64,000 bases of DNA, from contig CM052817.1 of NCBI GenBank assembly GCA_028534125.1, forward strand, positions 10,418,001 to 10,482,000. The letters are read 5' to 3'. This stretch comes from Lama glama. Taxonomy: Eukaryota. Positions 37,061-50,201 of this stretch are shown here, one piece after another (the stretch's first letter is position 1; each line of letters begins with the position of its first letter). The notes under the pieces are model-generated. The model saw only the letters and a program-made list of their open reading frames with translations, was not told the origin of the DNA and did not search any database. A program made the position numbers and the translations under genes.

Positions 37061-39339
37061 TTTATATCATTATAGTAATCACAATATTATATAATTATTA
37101 TCATTGTTAAATGCTGCTAAAACCCTGACTCTTTTGTTGTTTCCAATCCAAGAAGGCAAATCATTCTCAAAATAAGTAGCGTACGCAGATTATGCTTAAA
37201 AATATATTAATTATTTCAAACTGATAAAATATGTTTTATAGTTTGAGCACTTCAAAGTATTTTGTCTATTTCAAGTATTTACATATAGATATCTTAGAAT
37301 AACTTCCATATTTTGATCTTTGGTGGAATTCAATTAGTGATTTTTTTTAAAAAGCCTGCCCAGTAATTAAGTGCATCTTAAAAATAAAATGTAAAGGATT
37401 CATTTATTGTATTATAGTATATTATTTCACTTACTGATGTTTTCCTTGTAGAAAGTGTCCTGAGATGCAACCTGAGAAATAATGTTTTAGCGCATTGGCC
37501 AAAATAGCACCTTCCCTTGTTCTCTCTGTTTCTTTGGTATTTCCTAAACAACAAACAACCTTTCCGAGTGCTGCTTCTTGAGTAATTGTTTTTTGTCAAT
37601 GTTTTGTCAACTTGTCAATTACTCACACCCAGCATATGAATGTTCTCATAGCACAGCTGTCTACACTCTGACGGAGGAACTCATCCCTTTGGAATGCCGC
37701 AGAATATGGCAGCCCTGTTTGACTGAGTCCTGTTTATGGCTAAGACAGTAGAGAGTGCATACATGGGAGATTTATTACCGCCACTTGGGCAAATTCTGAT
37801 TTTGACAGAGTTTTTTGAATACAGAATGCCGACCAGTGTAGAGACACAAATGAGCAGAACCTGTCCTTCAATATTTCATCCTGAGCTCCAGGTGTTTCCT
37901 TAAGGAAGGGTTGCTCTAATGCCATTAGCTTCTACCTCCAGCAAGGTACCCATTTTTCACCACCAATCTCATCATTAGGTCTTTTCCGTGAGCCGGCTTT
38001 TGTCTTATATTTTCTGATAAAGTTTCTCTCTTTCGTAATTCCACATTTTAGAGCCCCACTGTCCTCTCTTGATAAACTCTATCTTTTCCACTCGCCTTCC
38101 ATATCAGATATTCAGGCCAATTAACCTTCTGGACACCCTTGTTTTTCCCTTCTTCCATTCTCACTATACTCTATTACCATTCCAAGTAACTCTGATAATA
38201 TTATTTGCTTCCAGTGGTCCACCTGATATGAAGACATGAACGCTTAATTTGAGAAAAAAATCTGGTGATGAAATAAAAACAACTTTCTGCTCTGTGTATC
38301 TGCTGCGTTCAGTGTAGGCTGTGGCCAAAGGGAGAAGCATAGACAACCGGAGCCCACTGATAAAGGACCCCGTCTTCTAGGCACTCGATTAAACCCCAAT
38401 GATTCAGAACCCACTGATTCAGAACCTAAGCTAATTCGTATGGAAGTCAAGCTTTCCTCTTATAATAGCTGTGATAAAAAAGAAAAGAGAAGCTAGCTAG
38501 ATTCAAAGAATAAGCAAGGCTGCAAAGAGGAATGTTTTACCCACTTAAAAAAGATTAACTAGGAGGAATGGCTAAAAGAAGGCTGGTTCTGGTTAAGAGA
38601 GGCGGATTCATAATTAATGGAAGTAGGGATTTTCTACCCAGAAACATCCAGGATTGTGGGTGGGCTTTGGAGTTGGAGGGCTCCGAGCTCCAATCTCAGA
38701 CCCGACACTTGGTAGCTGTGACTCTGGCCTGGACCTTCCCAAGTCCCAGGCTCCTTGTTTGTGCAGTAGGGTGATGATAGCATCTCCTTCAAGGGCTGCC
38801 TTGAAAATCAGTAGAATATAAGTCATTATTATGAGAAGCACCCAGGGGGACTTGCATAGAACCAAGTGGCCTTGGGAAGGGGACACCACCCAGTCTGGAG
38901 CCAGGGCCTCAATCTTCCTACATTTTTCAGTGATTCTATGGATAGAATGAGATGTCTCTGAAGGCTGTTTTCATCCTTGAATTTCGTTATCCTGTGAAGT
39001 AACCAAGCATTCAAGGACTCTGTGAGCATTGAAATAGAATATGTAAAATCAGTAGGTTAATTACAAAATACCTTCACCTTTTCTTTAAAGCAAATCTCCA
39101 AAGACTGACTTCTAAATTACTATGACTTTCTCACAGCTTCATGTTTTAAAAACAATGTGCTATAGTTTGGAAATCTCTCTACCCTTTCTCTCTTTCGGTC
39201 TATTTCCCTGCTGGCCATCTTGGTTTAGAGTGCTGTAAATTCCATACTGACTGTGGGATATTAGCTCCTTCTGTCCAACACCTTTACTCCATTTTTATAA
39301 TAGGATCCTACGAACACACACTTTGCCATGTACCACTGC

Positions 39340-39665
39340 AGAACCTTCCTGAAAAATCAGTACAACAAACTTGCCCACACCGCTGACTTTGGGGCTTAGC
39401 TGTGTGACTTGCTTTGGCTAAAAGAATATTCGGGGTTTGTCATGGCCTCGTATATATCTGTCACCCACCATAGGAAGAATGTGGCCTGGGTACACTGGCC
39501 CCTGAATGAACCTGACCTACAGACTACAGGCAAACCCCACCTGTCCCAGCAGAGCCAGCAGAGTTACAGCCAACTTGTAGACCTAAGAGCAAGAACTAAA
39601 TATCTGTGATTCTAAGCCACTGAGATCTGGGGTTTGTACGCAGGATTATTATAATAATAGCTAAC
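39340..39665 (+). mobile_element. MaLR LTR fragment (old MLT1)
   Basis: gctgtgtgacttgctttggctaaaagaat...ctaagccactgagatctggggtttg...caggattatt...atagctaac. Confidence 0.65.
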
Positions 39666-39794
39666 CCTTCCCTGGACTATTAAATGAAAACAGACTACAT
39701 TGAATTGTGTCTCCTTGCCCTGATTCTCCTTCCTAGTTCACACTTTACAACAACAGACAATATATCACACATTAAGAGAAACAAAAAAAAAGGG

Positions 39795-40720
39795 AAAAAT
39801 TGTGCAGTCGCTTTGGAAAAGAGTCTGTGAGTTCTCTCAAAAGGTTAAACATAGTGTTAGCATATGATTCCGCAAAACCACTACAAGGTATCTACACAAG
39901 AGAAAGGAAAGCATATGTCCTCACACAAACTTGTACATGAGTGCTCCTAGCAGCATTATTCATAACAGCCCCAGGGGGAAGACAGCCCAAATATCCATCC
40001 ACTGAGGCCTGGATAAATCAAATGTGGCGGTCCACCCAGGGGCATAATGTTTGATCATAAAGAGGAGTGAATTACTGATACACACTGTAACATGGGTGAA
40101 CCTCGAAGACATGCTAAGGGAAAGAAGTCAGTCACAAAAGATCACCTGCTGTAGGTTTCCATTTACAAAATGTCCAGAATCTACGGAGACAGAGAGTAGG
40201 TTAGTGGTTGCCAGGGGCTGGGGGAAGGCAGTAAGGACATGATGGTGACTGGCTTTGGAGTTTTCTGTGGGAGTGAAGAAAATGTCCTAAAATTGATTGT
40301 GGTGATGGCAGCACAGTTCAATGAATACAGTATTAACCGCTGAATTGTGTACTTTTTTAATTGAAGTAGAGTCGATTTATAATGTTGTGTTAGTTTCTGG
40401 TGTATAGCACAGAGATTCAGTTATATATATATTCCTTTTCATATTCTTTTTCATTATAGGTTATTACAAGATATTGAATATGGTTTCCTCTGCTATACAG
40501 TAGGACCTTGTTGTTTATCTATTTTATATATTGCAGTTAGTATCTGCAAAGCTTGAACTCCCGATTTATCCCTCCTCCCCTATTTCTCCCTGGTAACCAT
40601 AAGTTTGTTTTCTACATCTGTGAGTCTGTTTCTGTTTTATAAATAAGTTTACTTGTCTCATGAATTGTGTATTTTAAATAGGTGAATTGTCTGATATGTG
40701 GATTGGGTCTCAGTACAGCT
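39795..40720 (+). mobile_element. old L1MB/ME 3' end, interrupted by a younger L1
   Basis: cagtcgctttggaaaa...ggttaaacatagtgttagcatatga...ctagcagcattattcataacagcc...ggttagtggttgccaggggctgggg...ctaaaattgattgtggtgatgg; resumes at 40661 tgaattgtgtattttaaataggtgaattgt. Confidence 0.85.
40356..40660 (-). mobile_element. younger L1 3'UTR fragment nested in the older L1, 15-bp TSD with one mismatch
   Basis: aatgttgtgttagtttctggtgtatagcac...tgagtctgtttctgttttataaataagtt; TGAATTGTGTA(C/T)TTT at 40341-40355 and 40661-40675. Confidence 0.9.
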
Positions 40721-42809
40721 GGTAGGTAAGATAAACGGAAAGAAAGGGGAAAAATCATTGCTGAATAGTGTGCACAGGAAAGAGATGAACAGTCGCCGGT
40801 AAGCGATCACTTTGGCGAAGCAGTGGGTCCCAGGCTCCATGCTGGGATGGCCCCGGTGCCTGTATCACATCTGACCCTGCACCTCTCCTGCTCAGGATCC
40901 TCAGGATGGAGCTCAGCCTCCAGGAAAGGCAGACTCTGCTTTAGCCCTGCAACCCCAGTCACTGCATTCTGACGGCCCGTGTCTCTGTTGGTGCCATGCC
41001 ATCTTTCTGACACCCAGCTGGGGACTTCCCATTCGAGTACCAATAGTGTCCTCAGGTCCTCTCTGCATCTTCCCCTGAGAGAGGGGAAACTGCTTCCACT
41101 TTTTTGTGCATTTGCAATCAGAGTGAGTACACGTTGCAGACTTACTCAGCCTTCTCCTGCACTAACCTGATAACTCTCCACTGATTTCTATTGTTCTATG
41201 TCTCACAGTGTACTCTGATTATTGTTCACTGGTCTGTCTTCCTTAGAGATAAAATCCTTGAGAGAAGTCTCTGCTTCTGGTATCCTTAGCCCTTCACACA
41301 GCATCATAGCATCCAACAGACATTCAATATAAGTCTGTAATTAAAGCAGCTGATCTCAACTGTGCAGACAAAGCAAACTCAGAAGGCAGAGGTTCTTGCT
41401 TTATACATGAAGTTGTCTCCCAGCGGGTTAGGGAACTTGCTAGAGCCCCATAGCAAGTATTACAGTTGGGACTGAAACTCAGAGACGCAGCCTCAAATTC
41501 CAGCTCCTGCTCCTCCCTCACCAGCCGTGAAGACATTTCAACTAGATCAGATGAGAAACTCCACAGTAGATGAAAGCACTTTCCAGCTATTTATGCCTGA
41601 GACTTATCTGGGAGGAAAACGGCTTCGAAGTTGTGCACCCTTAGGAGAGCAGGCACTGTTGATCCATCTTTGTCATTTGCTGTCTCATCCATCTCAGTCC
41701 CCCAGCTTGGTGAGCCCTCTTGCCAACTGGTACCCGGATAAAACTATATAACCCCTCATGTGATCACCCTTCGAGGTGATTAATGTCCGCAGTTTCCTCT
41801 CATGTGTCTGCAGGTCAAGTGAGAAAGATACTCCGGAGTCTGGTAAACACTATTCAATTCCTTTCACCTTGACAGTAGAGCTTATAAGCTGATTTGCAGA
41901 ACCTCAGGAATAAAGTACATCTACCACACAAGCCCAACATTTTAATGTAAAAAACTGTAATATATTTAATCACTCCTCTCAACTTAACTCCTCTTTTTCT
42001 CTCTTAAAATTTCTCTCTTTTTTTTTAAACTGTAAACTCCAAAATTGCTTTAGTTTTTTTTTGAACCCAGCCATGGCTGGAGCAATTTCATTTATATTTA
42101 TAGCTAAATTCCAACTGCATATATGCCATACATGATTAATTCACAGATGAAGAGCTCTGAAGTTTTGAATGTTCTCAGTAAGTACAAAACAGGGCAGAGT
42201 TTAAAAACGGTTGCTGAAGCCAAAAATTTGAATTTATTAAAAAATATCAGAAATCACACAGTCTCTGGTTTAAAAATTTATGATCCCTTAGAAAACTACT
42301 ATTTTATGTAGAGAAGGAAAATATTAATCCTATGTTAACTAGACAGTGGCAAGAAGCCAAATCTCAGCTTCAAAGTTTCTTTCTTTATATCTTCCCTTGG
42401 CATAGTGGGAATGTTACCCAGAATCCTCTGCTGTCAAGAGATGACTGTGGAACTTGGCCTCAGGGTGAGCTGGGGTAAGAACTGCAGGTTCAGCTGGGTT
42501 TATAGTGGGAATGAAATGCTTCCATCCCTCATGATGAAGTATAAGTTCACCCAAAATGTTCCTTGGAAAATATACGACCAAAGACTAATTTCTCTAACGT
42601 GTTATAAACTTCTCACTTTCCGTAGGTTTCTGAACATACAGAGAGGCTGGCATAGATTTTAAAAAGTGTTTAACAGGTTTGTCTTAGACAAAGAGCAGCA
42701 AAACCATAACATACCTTCTACTTTTGGCAGAGTAAGCTAGTCTAAAGGGCACATCTTTCTTCACGATGTGTGCATTAAGACCCACCAGCAATCATGGGAG
42801 CAGCAGTAG

Positions 42810-42970
42810 ACCCCGACTGCCTCGGTCTCAGCTCTACCACTCACCAGTTCTTAACCCCTGTGCCTCGGTTTCCTCATCTGTAAAATGGGGATACCAATGA
42901 TTGTGCCTACCGCACAAGTCTGTGCAAAGGACTTTGAACAGGGCTTAGCATAGAGAAAACATTGAATCAT
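42810..42970 (+). mobile_element. MIR
   Basis: cagctctaccactcac...ctgtgcctcggtttcctcatctgtaaaatggggata. Confidence 0.85.
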
Positions 42971-43359
42971 TATTTACTCTTCTTTTTCTTATCATTATTA
43001 CCAGAATTTAGAGACTGGCATAAAATACTGAAATTTAAACTAATAACAAATGCCATGGTAGCAAAGTGCCTTGGCGGTAAGAGCTCTTAGGGACAGTATT
43101 TTAAGGAATTTATAAAGCTGGTGGCTGTAACAGAGAAAATATATGTTTTAAAGAGTATTTATCTTTTCCCTTAACCCTGTGGATGGCTGGTTGGGGGTGT
43201 CGGTTCACTTTGCCCCCAGTTCTGCCCCCAAGGGTGGCCCATGTCCTGGTTCTTTCTGAGATTGCTTGTTGACAGAGGAGAAAGTATGCTTCCCTCCAGA
43301 GGAGGTTTTTCTGCTGTTTAATCAGGTGAAGGAGTGTTTTAGAAGCACAATCTCTAGAA

Positions 43360-43575
43360 CCAACATGCCTCATTTCTAATCCTGGTACCACCACTAACAA
43401 GCTGTGTGACCCCGAGCAAGTTTGTTGACCTCTCTGTGCCAGGTTTCCCATCTGTAAAATGGGGATAATGGTAGAATGTACCTGATGGAGCTTTGTGAGA
43501 GCTTAATGAGTTAATACACACCAAATATTCGGAACTGGGCCTGCAGTCTAGTAGATTCTCAATAGCATATTTGCT
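43360..43575 (+). mobile_element. MIR
   Basis: ttctaatcctggtaccaccactaacaagctgtgtgaccccgagcaagtt...ctctctgtgccaggtttcccatctgtaaaatggggataatg...taatgagttaata. Confidence 0.88.
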
Positions 43576-43988
43576 GTTATAATTATGTATATTCTCCACG
43601 TCTTGTCAGTTTGCTTAGTGGAATTCTTGCATTCATCCAGTAAACATTCACCAAGGGCTAACTATATGTTGGGGTTCACGCTGTATGTTGGGGTTGCAAA
43701 GAATCTAAATTCAGAACAATTTCTCTAAGATTATATTCAGAAGGTGAAAAAATTTTCCTATTCTTTTGAGTAGTCATTTATACAATTTAAAAGCAATATT
43801 TTCTAGAACTATACTTGTAACATTTAGTAATTGTGAACAAATTTATGTTTATCTTTTAAAATACCAAACCTGCAGTGTCTAGCAACTGTTGGTATCTTCC
43901 TGACAGCATTAGGTTGTGCCATCTTTTTGTAAGTGGATACATTGAAAGACAGCCCCAAGGTTATCAGAGACATCTCAAATGCAGCTCC

Positions 43989-44521
43989 CTAGAATACTCC
44001 AATTCAAAAAGATATGCACACCCCAATGTTCATAGCAATGCTATTTACAATAATCAAGACATGGAAGCAACCTAAATGTCCATCGACAGATGACTGGATA
44101 AAGAAGATGTGGTATATATACACAATGGAATATTACTCAGCCATAAAAAAGAACGAAATAATGCCATCTGCAGCAACATGGCTGGACCTAGAGACTATCA
44201 CGCTAAGTGAAGTAAGTCAGACAGAGAAAGGCAAATATCACATGATGTCACTTACATGTGAAATCTAAAAAAAATGAGACAAATGAACTTATTTACAAAA
44301 CAGAAACAGACTCACAGACATAGAAAACAAACTTATGGTTAGTAAAGGGAAAAGAGGGGTAGAGGGATGAATTAGGAGTTTGGGATTTGCAGATACACAC
44401 TACTGTATATAAAATAGATAAACAGCAAGGTGCTACTGTAGAGCACAGGGAACTATACTCAATACCACGTAATAGCCTATAATGGAAAAGAATATGAAAA
44501 AGATATACATATTATATATAC

Positions 44522-44554
<33 letters not shown>

Positions 44555-44652
44555 TACATACACACACATGACTATGTACACCAGACTATACTGTACACCA
44601 GAAACTAACTCAATGTTGTGAATCAACTATACTTCAATTAAAAAAAGAAAAA
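43989..44652 (+). mobile_element. 5'-truncated L1 (ORF2 C-terminus + 3'UTR + A tail) with internal (TA)n(CA)n
   Basis: ORF 44014-44268 TPMFIAMLFTIIKTWKQPKCPSTDDWIKKMWYIYTMEYYSAIKKNEIM is the L1 ORF2 end; tail aaaaaaagaaaaaaaa; TSD AAATG(CA/TG)GCTCC at 43977-43988 and 44653-44664. Confidence 0.94.
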
Positions 44653-47600
44653 AAATGTGGCTCCTCCTGATATTTTAATACATATGTTCCTACAATATTG
44701 TCATGTAAATGTTCACTCTCTCCTAGAAGACAGGACATCTCTCTCCATTCAAAGTTCTGTTCCCCAAACTGAAATTAAAAACCTTTCTGGAAATTCTCGT
44801 TTTTCCGTTCCTAGCATTTATGGGTCACCACATTCATGGGCAACCCAGTTTTTACCAACTTCCCTCCCACTTTTCTCCTATGTCCCATATCTTCTAAGGG
44901 ATGTAAATTCATTTTGTCAACTCGATTGAAATAAACTCACATTTTATCTGGAGACTTTGGGAGGATTTTTATACCTGTGTTGTCACAGAGGGACTCTGTT
45001 ATCTAGGTCTGAGAAGGAGACACACTTCCCTTTTAATTCCCCACCAGGAGCCAGCCGTTCATTCACTCACAGGACTCTAGCGTCCACTACGGGCCAGGTG
45101 CTTGCTTATGGCGGTCGAGATGGGTAAGGTCAGATTATGTTAGATGCAACAGCTCCTAAGACGGTCGCCAGCCTCACTAGGACTTTGTTGCGACTCCAGT
45201 GTGGGTGTTAATCAGGTGTGTATTTTAAACACAGTTCTTTGCTTTTACTTAAGTCATTAGCTCCCATGAATAAATTAAAGTGCTTTAGGCTTCCCATAAC
45301 TCCCTTCACAAGCCCCTCCAGGGAACAAACTCCATCAGTGTTCCGTCCCTGTGAATGACAGTCCGGGGAAGAGCTGCAGCTGTTCTCAGAGTTAAAACTG
45401 GGCACCCAGGTGGAGCTGCCTCGCCCCCTCAGTTGGCCCTTTGGAGCCTGGGTTGCTGTCATCCTCCTTTATTTTTGAAACGTCCAGGCCTATAATAAAA
45501 TACAAAAGCTGGAGCTATTTCCCCCCAATAATGGGATTTATGCAGTCTCTCCTTGGCTTTCCCATGACCAGATCTAACCATGGCCTGTTTTCTCCTCTTG
45601 GCCGCAGGATCCACGTCAAAAGCCCCGTGGACCTGGTCACTCAATTCTGGCCAAAGAACATCAGCAAAATACATGGTTTTACTTCGCGAGGTGATGGCAT
45701 GCCATAGGCAAAAAGGTGTCACTAAGATGCCTTTCCCTCCAGAAACCTCATCAGCCCTGTATCCGAAGAATGCTAGGAAGGCTCTACTTCCTTTTTTCGA
45801 GTAAAAAGAGTAATTTATTCTTCACATTAGCAATGCACACCCAAAGCATTTGAAACTAATGAACCTTGAAGAAACAAAATACCCTCTTTAGAACTTAAAA
45901 GCCCTAAACAGACTGGTTTATTCCAGGACCAAAAACTAGAACATTAAGTTTGAACCCAAAGAGCATCCTTTGTTACTGAGTGAGAAGCTGTGAACAATCC
46001 TAAATATACAATAGCCAGGCTGGTAGCTTTGTACCCGCAGCCCCCACCCCTGTCGTCACGGAGACTGCTACTTGTCCAGGGGCTGAGGGTGGGGCTGAGC
46101 TGACAGACAAACACCTGGAGGAGATGCTGAGGTCACCCCAGCCAGACCCAGGTGCCACTCGGGAGCATCCCCAAAGCTCTGCTGTCAGTGGGCTTTGGGA
46201 ACAAAGAAACAGTTTTAATGAAGCCGTATCCCAAATTCACCAGGTGTGGAGCAGGAAGTCTCAGGAACGCCCACTTTTCAAGGGAACGGGCTACTGCGTT
46301 GGCACTGGATTATACGCAGGCGTTCCCACAGCTCCCCCGAGGACACGGTTTTTATTTTTAGAGGAGCCTCCATTTGCTGACTGTCGTGAAGGGAACACTC
46401 AGGAGGCGCTATTAGCAGCCACTTGTTTCAGTAAACATTGAATGCAACATATGCCTCTCAAGTAATGTGTATCCAAACATACAATTTACAAATAATTAAC
46501 ATCATGTTAATTAGTCACATTAATTTATGCCACTTGGTGGAATTATTTCCTCAGAGTGTTTAGGAACGCTGCCAGGAGCTTGAGCCAAACAGTGTGAGAA
46601 TGTGCTCGAAGTTAACCGTTGTGAGCGGCGGTGAAGCTCAGCTCCAGCTGCCAGTTACCGGGGCCCTGCAGCGGCGTGGAAAACGCCCCTCTCGAAAGGC
46701 TGCTCTGCTTCTTGAAAACCACACCCAGTAGCAGCCTTATCACCCTTCCTGCCTCACATCTTCTTTTTCCTTCTTAGGTTTCTGCTGATCATTGTGGAGG
46801 ACCCCCTCTCACCGCCCCCTAAACTGAGCAAAAGCCACCAGGTACCCCGAGGTGGGTTGTGGCAGCCACCCCGGTGAGTCTTACCTGTGGTGATATTGAC
46901 TGACAACCGGTGTTTGGTGATGGAAAAATCAAACCAAACCTAACCGGGGAATTATGACCTGTAAACAAAGCTTTGAGGACGTGAAATGGCCAAAGTAAAG
47001 TGTTAATGATCCGAGTAAAGGGGGATCCATGTGGAGTCGTCACCCGACTTTGAAACACAGCCACCCTCACTAAGACCGCACCCCATTCTTCTCAAAGTGC
47101 TTAAAATCTGGAGAAAAGGATGGGACATCCAGGTGAGCAGCTGAGGAATAAAAAAGGAAGAGACAGAGAGAAAAGAGACTGTGTAGACTTTGCAAACACA
47201 GTACAATTAGGCAGGAAACACAAACACACTCAGCAAGAAAATTAAGTCAGGGTGGCAGTGCCAACGGACATCCGGGCACCTGGGCTCATTGTCATGGCTT
47301 AGTCTTGGTGGAAGGGAGCAAGACAGCTCTGTAATCTAGCTGGCCCACTATGATTTAGGAGTCTGAAATACACCGTGACTCCTCCTTCTCAGACCTGGTC
47401 TCTGTTCTCAGTGAGCCCAGAGGTGATTGTTTGTAAGGTTTCTCTTACTGGAGTAACTAAATTGATAAGAAGAGATGAACTTCAGAGCTCTTCTCTAAAC
47501 TTCACAGTATAAATTCTGGGAAGCCTCAGACAAGCCGTGCAATGCCATTCACGCCTCTGTTTGGGGTGATGGTATTCCGTCTGTGTTGATGATTCTAAAT

Positions 47601-49701
47601 GAATTATAGATAAAAAGACAAAAAGTCTACAATCAAGTTATACTCCCAAGGTCCAAATATCAGTACTTGCATGAAAATTTAATGCAGACAAACATTTCAG
47701 TGTGAGAACATTGACCAGTACATGAACATTACAGACATTAGAAGAAACGGGAACCTAGAAATCTCTCTTGAGACTGTACGTCAGTGAAAAAGAGATTGAG
47801 TTGACTCACAACCTGATTCCTTCCCTCCAAATCCCTGCTTTATCTACTTATTTGCAGAATAGTCCATTTTAAGTTGTCCTACCCCACCCAAATTACAAGA
47901 AATTGAGAGTAAGTCGAGGGACAAAATGGTGAAGAGTCTATGGGGACAATGGTGGTGGGGGGGGTGGGGCAGTGAGATATTAACACCCAGCATCATGCTG
48001 GTTCTCATGGAGATTAATGATTTAGTGGGAGAGGCAGGTGTGTTCATAAAATTATACAGATATATTTAAGGTATAATGTAAATGTATTGTGGGACCCAAA
48101 GGAAGCCATGGTCCATTCAGAAAGTTAGAGAACTTTAGCCCAGAGAAAGTTCCTTTCCAGGTATCTATTCCTTGCTATCTAAAGAGAGAAATTCTGAGCT
48201 TTATTTCCATGTGGACACACTGGTATGTAAAAGTAGACGGTATTTTTTCCACATAAGAAACCCTTGATTCATTGGTATGAGAATCACATTTAGCCTATAA
48301 CTTCCCCAAAAGTCTTGGTTAATAACAATATATTTTAAGTGTTGCTTTTTAAATTTTATTTAGGGCCTATTTGATTCACTTTAACTTTGACTCAATTTGG
48401 TTCTCTTTAATATTTATCCAATAATGTTTCAGAATCCCAAAGAAGTGAATACATGAAAGCTATCCCCTAATGTCCAGGAGACCATTGAGAATATAAAAGC
48501 AGCAAAAAAATCTTCCTAGGGTATAAGCACGTTCTGAAACTTCAAAGAGATTCGAATGAAATCTGCACCTATTTTGCCCAATCTGAAATTACACTCGGTG
48601 GGAGAAGCACTTCTCCCCATGCAGAAATCTGAAAATGCATTTGAAAAATAGATCCATATTTTAATTAAAAGGGGCCATTCTGAGCCCAGCAGGGAGAAGT
48701 GTGGCATTAATATTTGTGACACTAGCCACAGGGGCCAGGGGGGCAAAGCGGGTCTGGCATCAGCCGTAGGAAGTCAAAGTTGATCCTTCTTGAAATCCAG
48801 ATTCTCACAGATATTAAGGGATTTGTTCTTGCTTCAAAGTACTACCCAAAGATAAGGCACACTGATGGCAGGTCTAGAGACCCGTTAGGGGGGCTTAGGT
48901 GGGATCAAAGTTTAAGCAGGATAGTGCTTCTCGAGAACAAAAATGCTCAGGGATGTAGATGAGTGCAAGTCTGTGTGTGTGTGTGTACGTGTGTGTGTGA
49001 CAGGCAGCAATGACTCCGCCTAGCACACAAATACATGAATAAGTGTCAATCCGCAGCTACACAAATTTTAAAATGAGTATAATTTGCTCAACAGACTTCA
49101 GAAATGTTACAGTCTACTGAATACCGATGGCATTTATTGGCATGATTTGTTTGATGGAGAATGACAGCCTTCGAACAGCCCCATATTTGGCATTTCACAA
49201 AAATGCACATATTCAGCCAGCTTGCAGCAGTGACGCCTCAAAGCTGTGATGCGGACATGAGCCATAGTGGCTGGTAGCCAGTCCCGGTGTAGACAGGGCT
49301 GCCGGGTTTATGAACATGCATATTTAAAATGTTACAGGTGAAAAAAAAATCATGTTTGTGTGCAGAAGTCAATTTTTCTGTGTCAAATGGATCATTTCCT
49401 TCTCTTACAGAAAATGTTTATTGTTCTGTGAGTAAAACATCTTTGAAAAATGGAATCTGGTTCTTAAGGGCTTGACATTATATGGGCGTGGTTAACTGCC
49501 CATACCCTACGCAAGCCTTAATAGTTCTGTGTTGAGCATCACAGGATGGAAAAGCAGGGAGCATGGCATTTTGAGCTCCTGTCACCTACCCTCTTCCCTG
49601 CTCAGACAGGGACAGGCCAGGAGAGGTGAGGGCAAGGCTACTTAGCTTAGAATTTCACTGGCGCTGCACTGTCCAATATGGCCACCAGTTGCTGGCGGCC
49701 A

Positions 49702-50201
49702 NNNNNNNNNNNNNNNNNNNNNNNNNNNNNNNNNNNNNNNNNNNNNNNNNNNNNNNNNNNNNNNNNNNNNNNNNNNNNNNNNNNNNNNNNNNNNNNNNNN
49801 NNNNNNNNNNNNNNNNNNNNNNNNNNNNNNNNNNNNNNNNNNNNNNNNNNNNNNNNNNNNNNNNNNNNNNNNNNNNNNNNNNNNNNNNNNNNNNNNNNNN
49901 NNNNNNNNNNNNNNNNNNNNNNNNNNNNNNNNNNNNNNNNNNNNNNNNNNNNNNNNNNNNNNNNNNNNNNNNNNNNNNNNNNNNNNNNNNNNNNNNNNNN
50001 NNNNNNNNNNNNNNNNNNNNNNNNNNNNNNNNNNNNNNNNNNNNNNNNNNNNNNNNNNNNNNNNNNNNNNNNNNNNNNNNNNNNNNNNNNNNNNNNNNNN
50101 NNNNNNNNNNNNNNNNNNNNNNNNNNNNNNNNNNNNNNNNNNNNNNNNNNNNNNNNNNNNNNNNNNNNNNNNNNNNNNNNNNNNNNNNNNNNNNNNNNNN
50201 N
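49702..50201. other. assembly gap (500 N)
   Basis: Run of exactly 500 N. Confidence 1.

Noticed and set aside
38400..38426. Short direct duplications (TGATTCAGAACC x2; also ACATGCCCTCT x2 at 54562-54589 and TTGTCAA x3 near 37593-37618)
   Set aside because: Ordinary slippage duplications; no CRISPR-like or periodic array anywhere in the window.
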